Below are positions 9,826 through 24,474 of a stretch of DNA of 64,000 nucleotides, in pieces. The notes below the pieces were generated by a model, which saw only the letters and a program-made list of their open reading frames with translations, searched no databases and was not told the origin of the DNA. The translations under genes and the position numbers were made by a program. The DNA is taken from the NCBI GenBank assembly GCA_964019425.1, contig OZ025780.1:1550001-1614000 (forward strand), in the 5' to 3' direction. This DNA is from Flectonema sp. DT1601 (taxonomy: Eukaryota). How positions within the stretch are numbered: the stretch's first letter is position 1; each line of letters starts with the position of its first letter.

Positions 9826-10249
9826 CTGTAAAGGGAAATATTCTTGTGGGGAAAAACCCGCGAGTTTTTTTTATTTTTTCTAAATCCGCGATAAATTTTC
9901 CCCGCGAGAGTATTTCCCTGCCAGCATACATTTTTATACAGCCATTTTTTTAGTTCCTTTCTTTGAAGAAAATACATGTGTTACAAAGGAAAGTTACGGC
10001 AAAAATTATTTTCATTATGCAGCATGGTTGTTTTTAGATGTTTGCTGGAAAATAATTCTTTTTTCCAGCTTGCACTTGATGATTCCTCACATTCTTGTGT
10101 CTTTTGCAAAAATCCTCTGTGGCAGGGAAATATTCTTGTGGGGAAAAACCTGCGAGTTTGAAAAAAAATCCCCAAATCCGCGAGAATATTTCCCCGCGGG
10201 AATATTTCCCCGCAAGAATATTTCCCCGCGAGAATATTTCCCTTTACAG
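9826..10249. mobile_element. MITE with TA target duplication (Tc1/mariner-type signature)
   Basis: TA|ctgtaaagggaaatattct ... agaatatttccctttacag|TA, with subterminal gaatatttccccgc repeats. 424 bp, non-coding. Confidence 0.85.
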
Positions 10250-11642
10250 TAACTGAAGTTAAACAAGACAAATGAAGTAACAGACCAGAACAGAAAGAGA
10301 ATAAAAAGAAAAGATATAGGCAAGGGTGATTGTAATAGAAGATTACAAATAAAAAAATGCAAGTATCAACACATGATCAAGATACACCAGCAGCTAACAA
10401 ACAACATAAAATTGAAGATCAGTTGCCAGAGTATTTCAACCATGGTAGAATACTCGCCCCTCTGGCAGATACCCCAGACTTGTCCTTTAATTTAGTTGGA
10501 CACCATGGCTTACAACCCCTCCAGAGGGAAGCACCATTATGACTTCTATTTTTTTTCTTCAAGAAAATCATAAGGTGGGAACAAAGATGAAAGACGACAA
10601 GGAAATTGGCTGCTGTTGATTTGACTTTGATTACTGCCAGTGGTTTGGAGTCGTTGATGGGCAGGCTAATGCATGCATCGGCAGTGTCTGGAATATCTAG
10701 TAGGTTTTGGTTTACTCTGAAGTTTATTAGAAGAGTATACCTGGTAGGTTTTGGTTTACTCTGAAGTTTATTAGAAGAGTAGTAAACAAGATTAATAGAG
10801 GTCTCCTTGGTCTTGATGAGACAGTTCTTGTCCCCCGTTCTATTCGATTGGAATTATCTCGTTGGCTATCTGATGCAGTAGGGATCAGGATTATTAAGAA
10901 GTTGGCATCGCCAGATTTTATTAACTTCACATAGCGAGGCTAGCTCGTGAAGGGATCCAGTTGGATCAAAGGTTTTCTCCCCCCACTCTATTTATCGTCA
11001 TTGGTGCGCGTCTTCAAACAGCAAGGCCAACACTGACGGAAGTTTACTTCTCTTCCCAGGGTTGAACCCTATCTGGGGTATAAAAACAAACAAAACACAG
11101 TGCAGACAAACACCCGCCGGACATCTGCAGAGCAGTGACCGATGTCGATGTCTTCGTTGTTGGACTTCCTGGTGTTTATGTTTTTGTCTTCAACAACAGA
11201 ACAACACCAATTAACAACTTAAATCAGGTTTGTCTCATTGCCCGTTCTTTCTTGTTTCCCTTTGCCGCCGGAAGAACGAAGGTCGACGGAGGTCCGAAGC
11301 ATTGCTTGCGATGATGTTCCGGTATGCGTTGTGTCTCTGTTATTTGTTTGTTTGAACCCCTTGCTTCATCTTTGAGTTTAGAAGTCTTCGTCCTGTTTGT
11401 TGGGAAGGGCCTGAACCAAAAGTTCACTGCCCCTATTCCTCTCCCAATTTTTTTATTCAGCTTGCCACATGAGTGTGTGACATTATTGCTACATTGTAGC
11501 TCCTACAAAAACCTTTTTTTTTTTTTGCAGTTGTCTTTTGGTTGTAGCAACTTTTATTTTATGTTTTTCTAATGTCCCAAAGTTGGTTTATTTTATTTTT
11601 TTTTCTGCAAGGGAACAGTCCAAAGCATAAGTCCGAACAGCC

Positions 11643-12060
11643 CTAAGGCCAGTTTGGCCCAGGTGCGCACTTGTTTTTTTTCTTTTCCATAATACATACA
11701 AACGCTGTCAAACTTGGAAATTCTACTTCGCTCATAATCGAGCCATCACTTGTTGGTAAAAATTCAGGGTGTAAATAAACATTATCTTTCTCTTTATCTG
11801 AATAACAATGACGGAAATGTTCAATTATTTCTTCTTTTGCAACGTCTAATGGGGGAAGAGGTGGGTCGTCTTTTTTTAATTCATTTTTAATTGCTTCGAA
11901 AGGGTTGTTCTGAAATTCGCTTTGCATTTTTTGAAATTATTCTTCTGTTTGATTCTCTCATACATGTGAAAGATTCTCTTCATCCTTTTTCGGGCCTCTT
12001 TCCACTCTAATGTGTTTTGATAAGAGTGCCCGTTTGTCCTTAGTTTGTTTTTTTTGGGGA
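11643..12060 (-). pseudogene. Decayed non-LTR retrotransposon fragment (region just upstream of the RT domain)
   Basis: F.NNPF ... EHF..CYS ... KKNKCAPGPN resembles the K.APGPDG pre-RT motif. Frameshifted and truncated. Confidence 0.55.
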
Positions 12061-13323
12061 GGAATGTTGTAGGCAGAGCTTTAGGCTCACGGCCTTTCCT
12101 GAGTGAAGAAGAATGGGATGTCCTAACACAAGAATACAAAAGATAACGAAGTTCCGCTTCAAGAAAAACAATCACATACCAGGATAGCATCACATACCAG
12201 GATAGCATCGGTCCGCTCCTCATCGCGGCATGCGCGTGTAGAGGAATGACGGGGGCTGTCACCACAATGTGACAAAGCAGACACCACCACCGAAGAAGCA
12301 GCCACCACCGATCCCTATGTGTGACTTGTGCGGCCAAAACAGCCACAATAAACACAACAAAACAGGTTTGCACCTTTGCCTCTTTGTTTCTTTCTCGCCG
12401 CTCGCCGTCAAGCACACATTGGGATAGATTAGATGGGTATGCTGGATGAATCTGTGTCTGCCACAATGTGGAATGGAGGGCCAAAGCCAAAAGCTTGCCC
12501 AGATCCACCTGAACCCAACACCACAGCACTTCCAGACTTCCATCGACCTCCTTCGCATCTTGCATCTCCAAGGCATAAACAGGTCACGAAGGGAAATAAA
12601 GGCAAGAACAAACCTGTTTGTATTTAGTGTGTAATTTAGCAATCTTTTAAAACGGATAACAAACATGTTTGAAAAAGAATGCCAGGGAGTGCACAAGATC
12701 AGACAACGAAGACATCGACATCAGTTTGGCAGCTGCGAGTATCCTGTTACTGTGTGATTGTGTTTTTGTTATTGGGTTGTACACGGGGAAAGGAAAAGAC
12801 ATTGGAGTTTAACTTATTCTCCACCTTGTGCGCATCGGCAGCAAATAAATAAAAAAGGCAAACTGTTTGATCCAAATTGGATCCATACCACATCGCTGCT
12901 GGTATCTGGTGAAGTTAAAAAATCTAGACAACCAGCAGCTTCTGATGAGTTAACCTGGCTTATGCCCAAGAAATACTCATAAGAGGGTAAGGTACAGACC
13001 TGTTTTTTTTTTTTTTTTTTAGGCGATTAACTCCGCCAGATGCCGCAATAGACTAGGGACGATCGACTTCCTTCGGAGGAGCAGCATCGGTGGTGGCAAA
13101 CCTCCTCCTTCATCTGCGTCTATGCTCCAGTGCAGGTGTGCAACGCTCTTCACCAAGTGTTGCTAACGTCTGTAACAAGTACATGTGACGTTATAGTCTG
13201 CAACAGCTGCAGCATCGACTTATCCATCCGGCAAATGTGTGGTGCGCACAGCCTCAAGAGCACGTACATTTACTAAAGATAAAGTGCCACAGTACCACTT
13301 CCACATTGACTCCCCTTCTCTTC

Positions 13324-13700
13324 TCATGCAGTACGGTAAATATTATAAATAATCAAAGGTTCTTCACATTGTATTTCCACAGCTGATATTTCAAGTGAGT
13401 CGCATTCACTTTGTGTGATCACAATCTCACTGAATTTATGTTTGTTATGAACATATGTCAATAGACCACCACCTCTAACAGGTTTTCCAACTTGCCTTGG
13501 TAGAGTTCTATCTTTCCTATATGGCGTATATTCATTAATTTCAGGTGTTTCCTTTCCCTTCGTTAAAAATGTCTCTTGGATCAATAGCACATCTGGTTCA
13601 TAGTTAAATACGAGAAGACGTAAGAGTTCAACTGATGTGTTCATTGATCTTGTATTTACTGAAATTATCTTAAAGTCAGTATAAGTTCTTTCAGTATTAG
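13324..13700 (-). pseudogene. APE-like endonuclease N-terminal fragment of a non-LTR retrotransposon
   Basis: KIISVNTRS...PDVLLIQETFL...YRKDR...RGGGLLTYV...IYNIYR motifs. Truncated, with no linked RT. Confidence 0.8.
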
Positions 13701-14070
13701 GTTTTGGGTTTGGGGCGAAGAAATTTATAGTTATTTTATTATCTAAGTTGCGCATCACCCTTAAAACTAATGTTAAATTATCTTCTCTGATACAACATAG
13801 TTGTAATTTTTACAAAATCGAACATACATCCCCCCTCCCCAGATTCAGTAGCGTAGGCAAGAGGTGCTCAACTACGTTCACGTGGCCTCCACCAAAGAAA
13901 CCAGGCAATGTTCAACGCCTCCTGTTTCATGGTGACAGTATTTTTATTTTTTTGTGCAAAGACCTGCAGTATTCTTCCCAGATAAATCTTTTCGTATCGT
14001 ATCAAAGTACCTCCCCAGATTCAATAGAAAGTAGGCCGCAATACCATTTCCACTCTGTCTCACCCTCTCG

Positions 14071-14240
14071 TCACATCAAATACACCGCCCTCTTCCGATT
14101 AACGCCAATGCGTTCTCTCTCATCACTTCCATCGACATCTTCACACTCGGATCGCAGAACGTGCCCGCTTCGCCTAACGTTGCTCTTGGCGATTGCGCGC
14201 ATGCACTTCTCATCTCCTCCATGATCACCGAGTTCGGATC
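14071..14240 (-). pseudogene. Possible C-terminal remnant of an RTE-like retrotransposon
   Basis: RRSGHVLR resembles the RLRW.GHV.R motif. Short and degenerate. Confidence 0.3.
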
Positions 14241-14504
14241 CATGGCTGCCTCGACATGTGGAATGGTACGAATTAACTCGGCTTCCGATAGTATTGTGGG
14301 TTTTACAGACTGTCCAGAACAATGTCTCTTTAAGAATCTATTTTTATTTTTTTTTAATTTGGCGTGCTATTTGAAACACTTCGCAGGTTATGTTGTCATG
14401 AATTTCTCAAAAATGTTTGTTTTTATTGTTCAATTTGCAGTATATTACAGTTCTTTATAGTCTGGTTATAAATCACTTTCCCCATCAGTACTGCAGAGGC
14501 AGAG

Positions 14505-17500
14505 ATGTCGATTCTGCGGATTAGTCCCTCTGTGGGAGAATTTTCAGATATTGGATGTGATCTGATTTACGTGATCCGATTTACTATCAGCAACACAAGC
14601 AACGCATCACAGAGAATTCGCTTTAAGCCACCAGAATCAAATGCATTCAAGTTACTGACATTGCCTCAGAATATCGCTCCAGGACTGAAACAAGAGATTG
14701 AAGTAGAATTCTGCACGAGAGAGACCCGCGACTTCAACGACTCTTTTTCTGTCATTGCAAATGAACAGAAGTTAGAAGTACCTTTGCATGCCTGGTTTCC
14801 GAGGCCCTCTATTCACTTTAAGGACGATGTCAACTTGGGAGTGATTCCCGTGCAGCACAATGCTTCATACAAACTGCAATTGACCAATATTGGAAAGTCT
14901 CCTGGGACATTTAAGTTTAAACACGACGGAATGTCAGCTGGACTAACAGTAACACCGCATTCAGGGACTGTCGAGGCCGGTTCTTCTAAAGAGGTGCAAG
15001 TAAATTATTTTGGTGCTGAAGCTGGGCTTTTTGTTAGCGTTATTCAGGTTGTTCTGCCGGAACAATCAACTCGTCAACTGAAAGTCACAGCACGTGTTGT
15101 AGAGAGCAAGGTCGATATGTTCGCATCTGATAATACTCCAGTCACTGGAGCTCTCGACTTCGGAACAGTCTATTTTGGGCAAAAGCGATCGATTGATGTT
15201 ACTTTGATGAACTCTTCTCCCTTCTCTACATCCTTCACAGTTCATACTCCCGAGGTAGCTGATGAAGACTTGGAAGAAGACTCTCGCCCATCCACTCCAC
15301 TCCCGCCTCCGATTGAAGCTCTACCCACTGATGGAAGAATTACTAAGTTGTCTTCTACTCCGGTAAAATTCCTATTCCAACCGATCTTCAGGGACGGTAG
15401 AACTGGTTTTGTGAGCAAGCAAAAAAAGCCAGAGCCTGTAATATGGAGGCAAACATTCACAACAGAATTTGTGGAAACCGAACAGAGAATGGAAGTGGTT
15501 CTAACTGGTAGGGCAGTGCACACAGATGTCGAGCTAAGCCAGAGCAGTTTCAGGTTCGGGGACACAGCAGTAAATGATCATCTTGATATGCTTGTCACCG
15601 CAAGTAACAATGCCGAGCTTCCCGTTGACATGGACATCTCTAAGGTGGCGCAATTTCACGTTCGGGCCTCGTCATATCGAATTGGTCCTCCTTGGAGACT
15701 GCAGCCTCGTTCTGATATGAATTTGATAATTACTTTTAAGCCGAACCAGTTGGGTAAATTTTCAAAAACACTCAACATATCACTCTGTGGTGGAATTCGT
15801 ACAATACCGATCCACGTGTCTGGAGTTGCGAGCGCGCTTGGTACGAAAAAACCCTTGATGGGCGGAACAGATAGGACAGCTGCAGACTTTAGGCGGGAAC
15901 TAAAGTTTGTACCCGAGCAACCATCGTCCGCCCCTTCGGGGCAACTGTCGTGTGGCTACTCGGATACTAACAAAGCTAAAGGAGCAGAGTACGCCTGGAT
16001 GGCTGATGGAACAGATGAGGTGGCGATGCTTCAGGTAAACGAATTGGAGCAGCGACGCGAACATCGACATCTGTACAACAAATACATTACGCGTAGCCGC
16101 CTCAATCGCGAGCACAATCAGCAACTACTGCAAGAAAAACGCTTGGAGAAAAAGGAACGAACCAGGTTGGGATCTTCAGCCACAATCGTTGAAAAATCCC
16201 TCGTCGATATTGGGATGGTTCCAGCCGAAGGATTGATGGAGCCAGAGCCCCATGTCCCTATAAAGAATGATCCTCTCTGGAAAGCTGACACTGGTCGGTC
16301 TAGATCTGATGGGGAAGGGAATAGACTGCTATCAAAAACAACAAAATTTGATGAAAATCGAATTATTAAAAAGAAGTTTAAAAAGGAACCCACCACACTA
16401 AACGAACAACGAGAATGCAAGCTGGTTCTCTCCCCAAAAGACATCTGCCACGTAACTATAGGACCGAAGGTTCTTGATTTTGGAAAGGTGTCAGTTTTCT
16501 CGACCAATGTTAAGAGTTTCTGTGTTCAGAATGGTCTCAAAACACACATTCAGGTTAAGATACCAGTTTCGATAAGGGATGAACTGAGACAATCCTTCCC
16601 GGCATCACAGGTTATTCCGCCTGGGCAAACAGCTGGATTTGACATCAACTTCAAGAGTGACAGCGAGCAAAATTTCACTCAAGCGATGTGGTTCCAGCTC
16701 AACGACAATCACAAGTTAAAATTCCTCTTGTTAGCTGAGGCGGTCCCGATAGATATCGGCCTCAGTCAGGAAAAGATGGACTTCCGTTTCAGCGATTTTG
16801 TCCTTGACCCAACGCTGACCCAGCACTTAACACTAACGAATAAGGGAAACTCTGCTGCGCAATTTGATTGGAATTTAGATGATTCAAAAGAACAGGCATT
16901 TTCTTTTTATCCCAGCTCAGATACGATTCCTCCTCACGGGCAACGCAATATTGACATCACTTACACACCACAACAGTTGAATGAATCTGCTTGTTCAGCC
17001 AGTCTGGATATTGTTGGTGGATCATCAAAGAAATTGCTGCTTACCGGTGCGGTTTTGGAAGCAAAATGTGCCTTTAATACTCAAAAAATCGACTTTGGAA
17101 GCGTCGCAGTAGGTTCATCGTTTCAGAAAGTCGTAACAATCCGATCCCTGGGTCCAAATTCGACAGTCTTCTCAATTACGTCTCTTCCTCCTGGTGTAAC
17201 TGTTTCTAGTAGTAGAGGACGGTTAGCTGTAAATCAATCTGTGGATGTGATAGTGACGTTGAAACCAACTCAGGCCACGGCTATTCAATCACAGATAACT
17301 TGTACTGTGAGGGGAATGAAACAAGTATTAAAACTATTGATTAAAGCTGACCCTAAAATACCACAAGTCGACCTCTCCGTAAGAGAAGGTGAGCTTAATT
17401 TTGAACGAGTCTTCGTTGGAACAACAGAATACCGTCACGTGAAGCTAATCAACACAGGAAGTATACCTGCAACACTGCTACTAGACTTGAGTGTAGCACC

Positions 17501-20500
17501 AGATTTTGCATTGTGTGACACTAATCACAAACTAGTTGAATGCACAGCAGAACCTGAAGACGACGATCCATCAAAGGGGGGCGCAATGATCGTTACGCGA
17601 GATTCAGATGAAGACGAAAGCGCTGATGATTTAGAAGATGATGGAAGTGATGATTGCATGGTTCCTATTAAAAGAGGAAGAAAGTATCGACTAACTGTCA
17701 ACGAGAGATGCACACTCGAATGCTCAATAAGCTTTAGCCCAAGTACTGTAACTCAACAACCTCATACGTTTCCTCTTCTACTATCATTGGATGGAATACC
17801 AGTTACAGAGTCTCATGAATTAATGAAACAGGTCACAGCTGAAGCTCTAAAACCCCGTTTAGTCTTATCTCACAATGCGATTGACTTTGGACCTCGAGTT
17901 GTTGTGAAAGAAGGAACTTCAAAGATTGTAAACACTGTGTCACTTCGACTTACTAATGAAGTTGATGACTCTCTTCATTGGGAATTAGTACTTCCGTCAG
18001 ATATCCAATCTGAAGCATTTAGAATAACTCCGAGTAGCGGAGTTCTGCAATCAGGTCACACGGCATCAGTGCAAGTTTCATTCTTTCCAAGTGAGGTAAA
18101 GTATTATCACATGAAAGTTGGTGTTTGTTTAGATCAAAATAGATCTGCCACCTACATGGATATCACTGCCTCTGGTCACGGTGCGAATCCGGCTTTGACT
18201 TTTGATCGTCGGGAGGTGATTCTCCCAGTTGTACCCTTAGACGTTGCAAGTCGAGTTTCATTTGTTATTAACAATGAAGGCTATGAAAGTCTTGATTTGA
18301 AATGGAAACTACCAGGTGCTGCTAAATATAACGAACCAGGAACACTTCCAATTCAAGTTAACTTTCCAGACGGATCAGCGATAGGACATCATCACAGTCA
18401 CTTAGTTGTTGAGGTTGTTTGTATTGCGAAGAAACCAATCTCATTCACTGCAAGTATTGACTTCATGGATGATGATGATGGAGTGTTTTCTATACCTGTT
18501 ACTTTCACGACTGATAATTCTGTGTTAACGTGTTCTCCGTACCTAACAACTCATAAAATGGCTGATGGTACCAATCCAGGGTTCTCAATCTCTAGCGAGT
18601 CAGACAAGCGTGCAGTCGTTTTAAAAGCTTTAGAGGAGATAGGTGATACATGTACCACACCGAAAATGAGATCAGAAGCGAGGAGTCACACCGGATCTGG
18701 GTATGACACTGACCAGACTAACACATACAAAACGATTGATAGAATAAATAGAAAATCATTTTCGAAGAGAAATGCCGACAGGCTTCGAGTATGGATGAAT
18801 TTAAATGCCTTTCAAGACCCCCTGGATGAATTAATCTCAGGTATGACAGCAGCACATGGCAAGGCATTAACAGACTTTATTGAGCAGGTTGCTGGTAGGA
18901 GCCCACCAGGAGTTATTAAACCAGAAAAGCTTCAGCAGCTCTCTCGCAGGGATGCATCGTTAGCTGAATATAAACAATACGAAGATATTTTATCCTTCTT
19001 AAAAGGATGGGGTGCCATGCTGTCAGAAGTACGTCCAGAATATCTAGTACGGTATGAAGACTTTATGCGGATATCTCCTAATCAAAAAGGTTGGGGTCAC
19101 GGCATAGGCGCTGGTGCTCCCACTCCGCAACCCAAGTCGGGGACTAGTCGCCAACGGATGTCTGAGAGGAAGTTTGGACACCGACAACATCAGACGTGGT
19201 TGACGTTGTTGTTTCAAATTATAAAAGTTTTCGTACTTTCGAAAGTAACTTGGAGAGGATTGAAAAATCTCCCGCAAAGTCACGTTATCGCTGCGCGTGC
19301 ATCAGAAGAGAAGTGGTCTTCTATGGCGATGGATCCTTCCACGACGGGGTCGAACATTTACTCCCACGCGGAATCAGTTCTTCTACGCTGGCTTACTATT
19401 CATCAGAATTATTACTTCGCAGGACAATCTGACTCTCGTATTGTGACGTTTGATGATCTACGTGATGGGAGAGCATTCGCTTCCGTGTTGTGTGCCTACA
19501 TTCCTGTCCTTGAAACACGTCTTGGATTAAATCTAGGAAACGGTCCTGCTACTTCTGGTGGTGGGAAGTCAGGTATGAATATTCTTACTTGTTCTTCAGA
19601 GTAAAACAATTCCATGTTATATGTAAAACAAAAAGAAGTAAATAAATACAGGTTTAACTGGAGCAGCATCTTCAGGGTTTGTTGCTAACCCAACGTCTCT
19701 GAGTGATTGCGAAAAGAATGCATCGATAGTCTTGGAAGCTGCGAAGACGTACGGAATGGATCTAAAAATAACTTCTAAAGAGTTTGTTGAAAGCAGTACA
19801 AGAGATCTTCTCTTATTGGCCTTAATGCTGTATCAGAATTTACCGCAATTTGTTCCCCAAGCGACAGTAATATTTAACGGAAGACTTCACGAAACGATTA
19901 CTAAAACAGTGGAACTAACAAATCCTCACAGATGGCCAATTGACTACTTAGTTCTACTGGATGACGAGGATGGTGAATTCATCATCGACAGAGCTGATAA
20001 TAAAGTTCGTCTCGAGACAAGATCAAGTGCATCACTACCAATATGGACTTGTCCAAGGTTTTCAAAAAAGTGTAAAGCTAGATTAACATTCCTGTCAGTA
20101 GGTAGAACAGGTCCGAATTCAGCATCACCGATTGTGTTTAACGTTGAAACCGATATCGATGTTAGTCAAGCTACGAAGACTTTTAGTGTTGAGTCTCCGT
20201 TGTACGAACCTCTCACACATGAATTTGAAATTGAAAATCCGTTCAACGAACGCGCCAACTTCAGCATCCAGTACACTCAACAGTACGTCAGAGACACTAA
20301 CTCAAAAGGTGCAGTTATTCATTATGGTGAAGAGTCTTCTTCTAGTCTTCATCAGGACGTTTTTTGGACTGCTCAAGACGTCATTAATGTTAAAAAGAAA
20401 GACAAAGCAAAACTATCATTTCAATTCGTTCCATTCATGAGAGGGAAGTATGTCTGTAGAATTGTTCTGGTCGATGAGAAGGTTGGTGAGGTTGTGTACA

Positions 20501-23259
20501 CAATTAATGGAACAGCTTTACCTCCATTGCCGTTTGAAAAGATTTCATTTCAAACTGAATTAACTGCTCCTCAGAGTAGAGATATATTACTACCCCTTAA
20601 GAATGTAGCTCTTGAAAAAGGTATTGCACTTCTTCACAACGAACGTTTTAAGGGTTACAAAGCAAAACTTAAACCCTCTGGTGATAAGAAGGACCCTCTG
20701 GCCGATGCTGTTAATGTTAAATACAAAGTTGAATATTGCAGTCCATTCTTTACGGGACCAAAGGAGATTACTCCAAAGACTGTCGATCAGCAAAAGGAAA
20801 CCGAGGGGGATGCGCGTTCAAAAAAACCAAACACGAGAAATCCATTACTACTATCGGTTCAATTTCAGCCAAAGGGACCCGGAGTATACCCGGGTAAGAT
20901 TATTCTAACATCTGCATTGGATGTTAGGGTTATTGAAGTAGATGGAAAAAGCAGATCTCCGGGTTTGAAAGCTGATTTGGAATTCATTTGCAACGCTCGT
21001 CAAGTTATCCAACAAGAGCTTCCATTAGTGAATAAGACATTAAAAGACTGGGTAATATCCGCAACGCTTACGGGTGAACATTTTACTGGTCCGAGAGAAG
21101 TTGTTGTTAAAGCGGGAAAGACAAAATCTTATGTCCTGTCATTTGCACCAGCATGGGTGTGTGACATAAAAGGATCCTTGATTTTAAAAAACAGTGAGAC
21201 CCTTGAGAAATACACATACAATTTAACCGGTCACGTTGAAGAACCCTTAGCAGAATCAACATTAACTGTTGACTGTGTTGCTAGAGAATCACACACAATT
21301 CAAATACAAATACCAAACATAAGTCACGATGAAGTAATGTATTCCGTCGAGACCGACCTCCCATTCGCAAGAGGTGCTCCGACAATAATAGTCCCTAAAG
21401 CAGAGGTTGGTAAATATACGTTGGTTTTACGACCAACTCTAAGTGGTAAAACAACAGGAAGCATTACATTTAATACACCAAATAATCATTTTGTTTGGTT
21501 TGTTATTCACGTTCAATGTAGTAGACCTCCTCCAGAAACAACAATTGAGGTACAAACGACTGTGAGAAAAGCCCTTATGGCAGAGATCAGTATCGGAAAT
21601 CCAACTGATCAGGAGCTAAGCTTTGCAGTAAGACGTAGAGGTGATGGTCTTCTGGGTGAGAATCGAATAATATTACAACCGAATGAATCCAGTGTTTATA
21701 ACTTGGTTTACAATCCATTACGTGCTACTGTAGAAGGTCAACCATCCGATGGTCAATTGTCCTTTTACAACGATGAGATTGGTGAATATTGGTATAACGT
21801 CTTCATGACTGCCTCTGAAGCTCCTCCAGAAGAAATGCCTGAAGTCTTATGTGAATTGGGTAAATCTAAATCAATAGAACTTTCCATATCGAACCCTCTT
21901 GATCAAGATCTGACATTACAGGTACACATTGGTAACACACAGAACTTTACAGCTTCTCCTGCCAATACTTTAACTTTGAAATCTTTTGCCACAGTGAACC
22001 CCATCGTTACTTTCATGCCTTCTGCTATCGCACAGAGACAGGAAGGAATTATTTCATATACGCATCCAAAACTTGGTAAGTGGGAATTTGTTGTTCGGGG
22101 TAAAGGCACACCACCAACTCAAATGGAAGTCAGTACTGTCCATGCTGTTGCGACGAGAAGTCATCAAACTAGCGTCGTGTTTAGAAATCCGTTTCCATTA
22201 CCGAGGAGGTTTTTTATTTCATTAAAAGATCAAGAAAAGGGAAAAGACTCATTCGCTCTAATGATAAAGAGAAGAACGAGTACTATCGGTCCTTTTAGTA
22301 GTTTAACCATCCCGATATCGTACAGTCCTCAGGAAATTGCTGAACACAAGGTTTTGGTTATCGTTCAAGCCGTCGGTGATGGAGTTGCTGATGATCTCAG
22401 ATGGGAATATCCAATAATCGGTATCGCAGAGGCTGTTCCTGTTGGAAATAATTATAAATTCATTTGCAGGTCTCGAGAAGAGCTTTCTCAAACTGTTTCC
22501 GTCTCTCTTCATCAACTCGACATCATCAACGAAGACGAACAATTTGGATACGACGTCGTTTTTCCAGAAGCCCATCCTTATAAGAAAGCCCTTCAAGGTT
22601 CTCTTGTTGTTCAAAGCGATAGTTCAAAACCAACGACTGTGGATGGTTCTATTAAGATGGATTTTATTGTAACATTTACTCCTTTGAGAACATTCACAGC
22701 AACAGTTGAGTTGTTAGTAAATAAAAAGAGTGGAGGGCTTTGGAGATACGAATTAGTATTTGAAAGTCTCCCTCCCTTACCTGATGATTCGATTGTGTTG
22801 GAGGCGGCAGTCGCACAGAGAGGATCTGTTGCTTTTACAATGAGAAATATATTTCCTGAAGAGCAGGCATTTCGAAGTTATTTCAGTTCTGATTCAGCTG
22901 CTGAGTTTACTGTGGCTCCAGCAAAGGGAGTCCTCCCACCAGCTAAGGGAGAAGGTAGTGAATCAACCCAGTTTATCGTTTCGTTTTCTTCATCACAATA
23001 CGGAAAGACTCTTCTTGGAACTCTTCTCATTGAAACAGAACTGATGGAGTGGAGGTATGAAGTTAAAGGAACACTTCCTCGATACCACGCACCCACTACA
23101 GCTACTAGTAGAGTTGATACGAAACTACGTAATGAAACTCAGCAAACATTGAGAGCTGCTGCTGGTAGAAAAACTGACTTCATTCGACAAAATCAGGCAG
23201 CGACTGCTCCCGTAAGACAGTTGGCAGCAGCTCGATCACAACAGAAGTTAATACGATAA
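14505..23259 (+). CDS. CFAP47: Cilia- and flagella-associated protein 47-like (multiple ASH/Ig-like domains plus a CH domain); exons 14505-19572 and 19652-23259; 2891 aa
   Basis: Repeated Ig-like modules (DFG.V...L.N) and a CH-like segment NIYS..E.VLLRWL..H...FDDLRDG..FASV. A 79-nt GT-AG intron (19573-19651) joins the 1699-aa and 1175-aa ORFs in frame. Confidence 0.82.
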
Positions 23260-23786
23260 TCTCCCCTCCTGCTGTACTAGATTGGTATTGTTATGATTTG
23301 ATAAATCGTATCAAAACTGATTAATTAGATACTTTAGAAATACAGCAAAAGTAATCATCTCTTCAAGATGATGGGAGTCGGAAGAAAGAAGTTGAGAAAC
23401 TCAACAAAAAAAAGAAACAATTTACAAATCTATTGAGTGGGCTGTAGAACTTTCGTTCTGCTTTCCCCCCTCCGTCCCTTGACGCCCTCTCTTCTTCTCG
23501 TTGTTTGGTTTGGTGAGTTCGTTCGTTCAAATTAACTTTGCTGAGAAGGCAAAATAGAAATTGATAAGAGTTTCCTTTTTTATATTTATTTTGTGAATAT
23601 GCAAGTCATTCGTTGTCTCTCTTTTTTCTTTTCACTAATAATCTTATTCTAAAAAAAAAAAAAACAGCCAAAGCCAACACATGAGACAGGAAAGCGTTGA
23701 ATAGGAGAGTACCCTCCTGTTTATAATTATTATTATTTTTTTTACACCATTTCAGTCCAAGCAAAAAAAAAAAAAAAAAAAAAAAA

Positions 23787-24474
23787 ATGAAATTTGGACA
23801 GAGCATGAAGGAGCAAAGGCTCGTCTTCAGCAATAGTGTTGCGAAGTGTATCATCGATTATAAGGCTTTGAAAAAGAGTATTGGCGTCATGAAAAAAGAG
23901 GAAGAGAAGAATAAACAAAATTCAATGCTTGAAGAGTGGCTGAAATGTTTTAGTGCGGAAATGAGAAAATTTGATAATCATTTTCAAGAAGCTGCTGAGG
24001 AGATAGAAGAGGACATGGAGGAGTATGTATTATTCTTTACCGACATAAACCTCATAAAAAAAAAAAAAAAAAAAAAAAAAAACCACCAACAGCATTGAAG
24101 AACACCTCACAGAGAATCCTCCAACCAAACCTAATTTAAAAGAACAATATTTAGCAATTCAGGAGTTGAGATTCTTTATTAATTTAAACAAAACAGCTGC
24201 GAGAAAAATATTAAAGAAACTCGACAAACAAATACCTGGTGAACATGGCAAGAGTTGGAAGGGTACTTACTTGGATAATTTATCGGCTTATCGTGAAAAT
24301 CCTTTGGGTGACTTGTCACAGAGAACAGCTTCCATCTATGCTTCGAATTTCTGTAAAAACAGAGCTCGTATTGCTGAAATGGAGTTAGACTACCACGTGT
24401 CTTGTGTCACGCCTGATATCTTCTCATACACGATGTGTCACATGAAGATGAAGCCTTCACAGTGTGCTCCTTGA
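23787..24474 (+). CDS. Stand-alone SPX-domain protein; exons 23787-24022 and 24093-24474; 205 aa
   Basis: MKFG start, IDYKALKK and LN.TA..KILKKLDK motifs. A 70-nt GT-AG intron restores the frame. Confidence 0.88.

Noticed and set aside
11876..12696. 231-aa and 145-aa minus-strand ORFs
   Set aside because: No recognisable motifs. They lie within decayed retroelement debris.
19573..19731. Stop-codon readthrough or frameshift between the two large CFAP47 ORFs
   Set aside because: A canonical 79-nt GT-AG intron joins them in frame.
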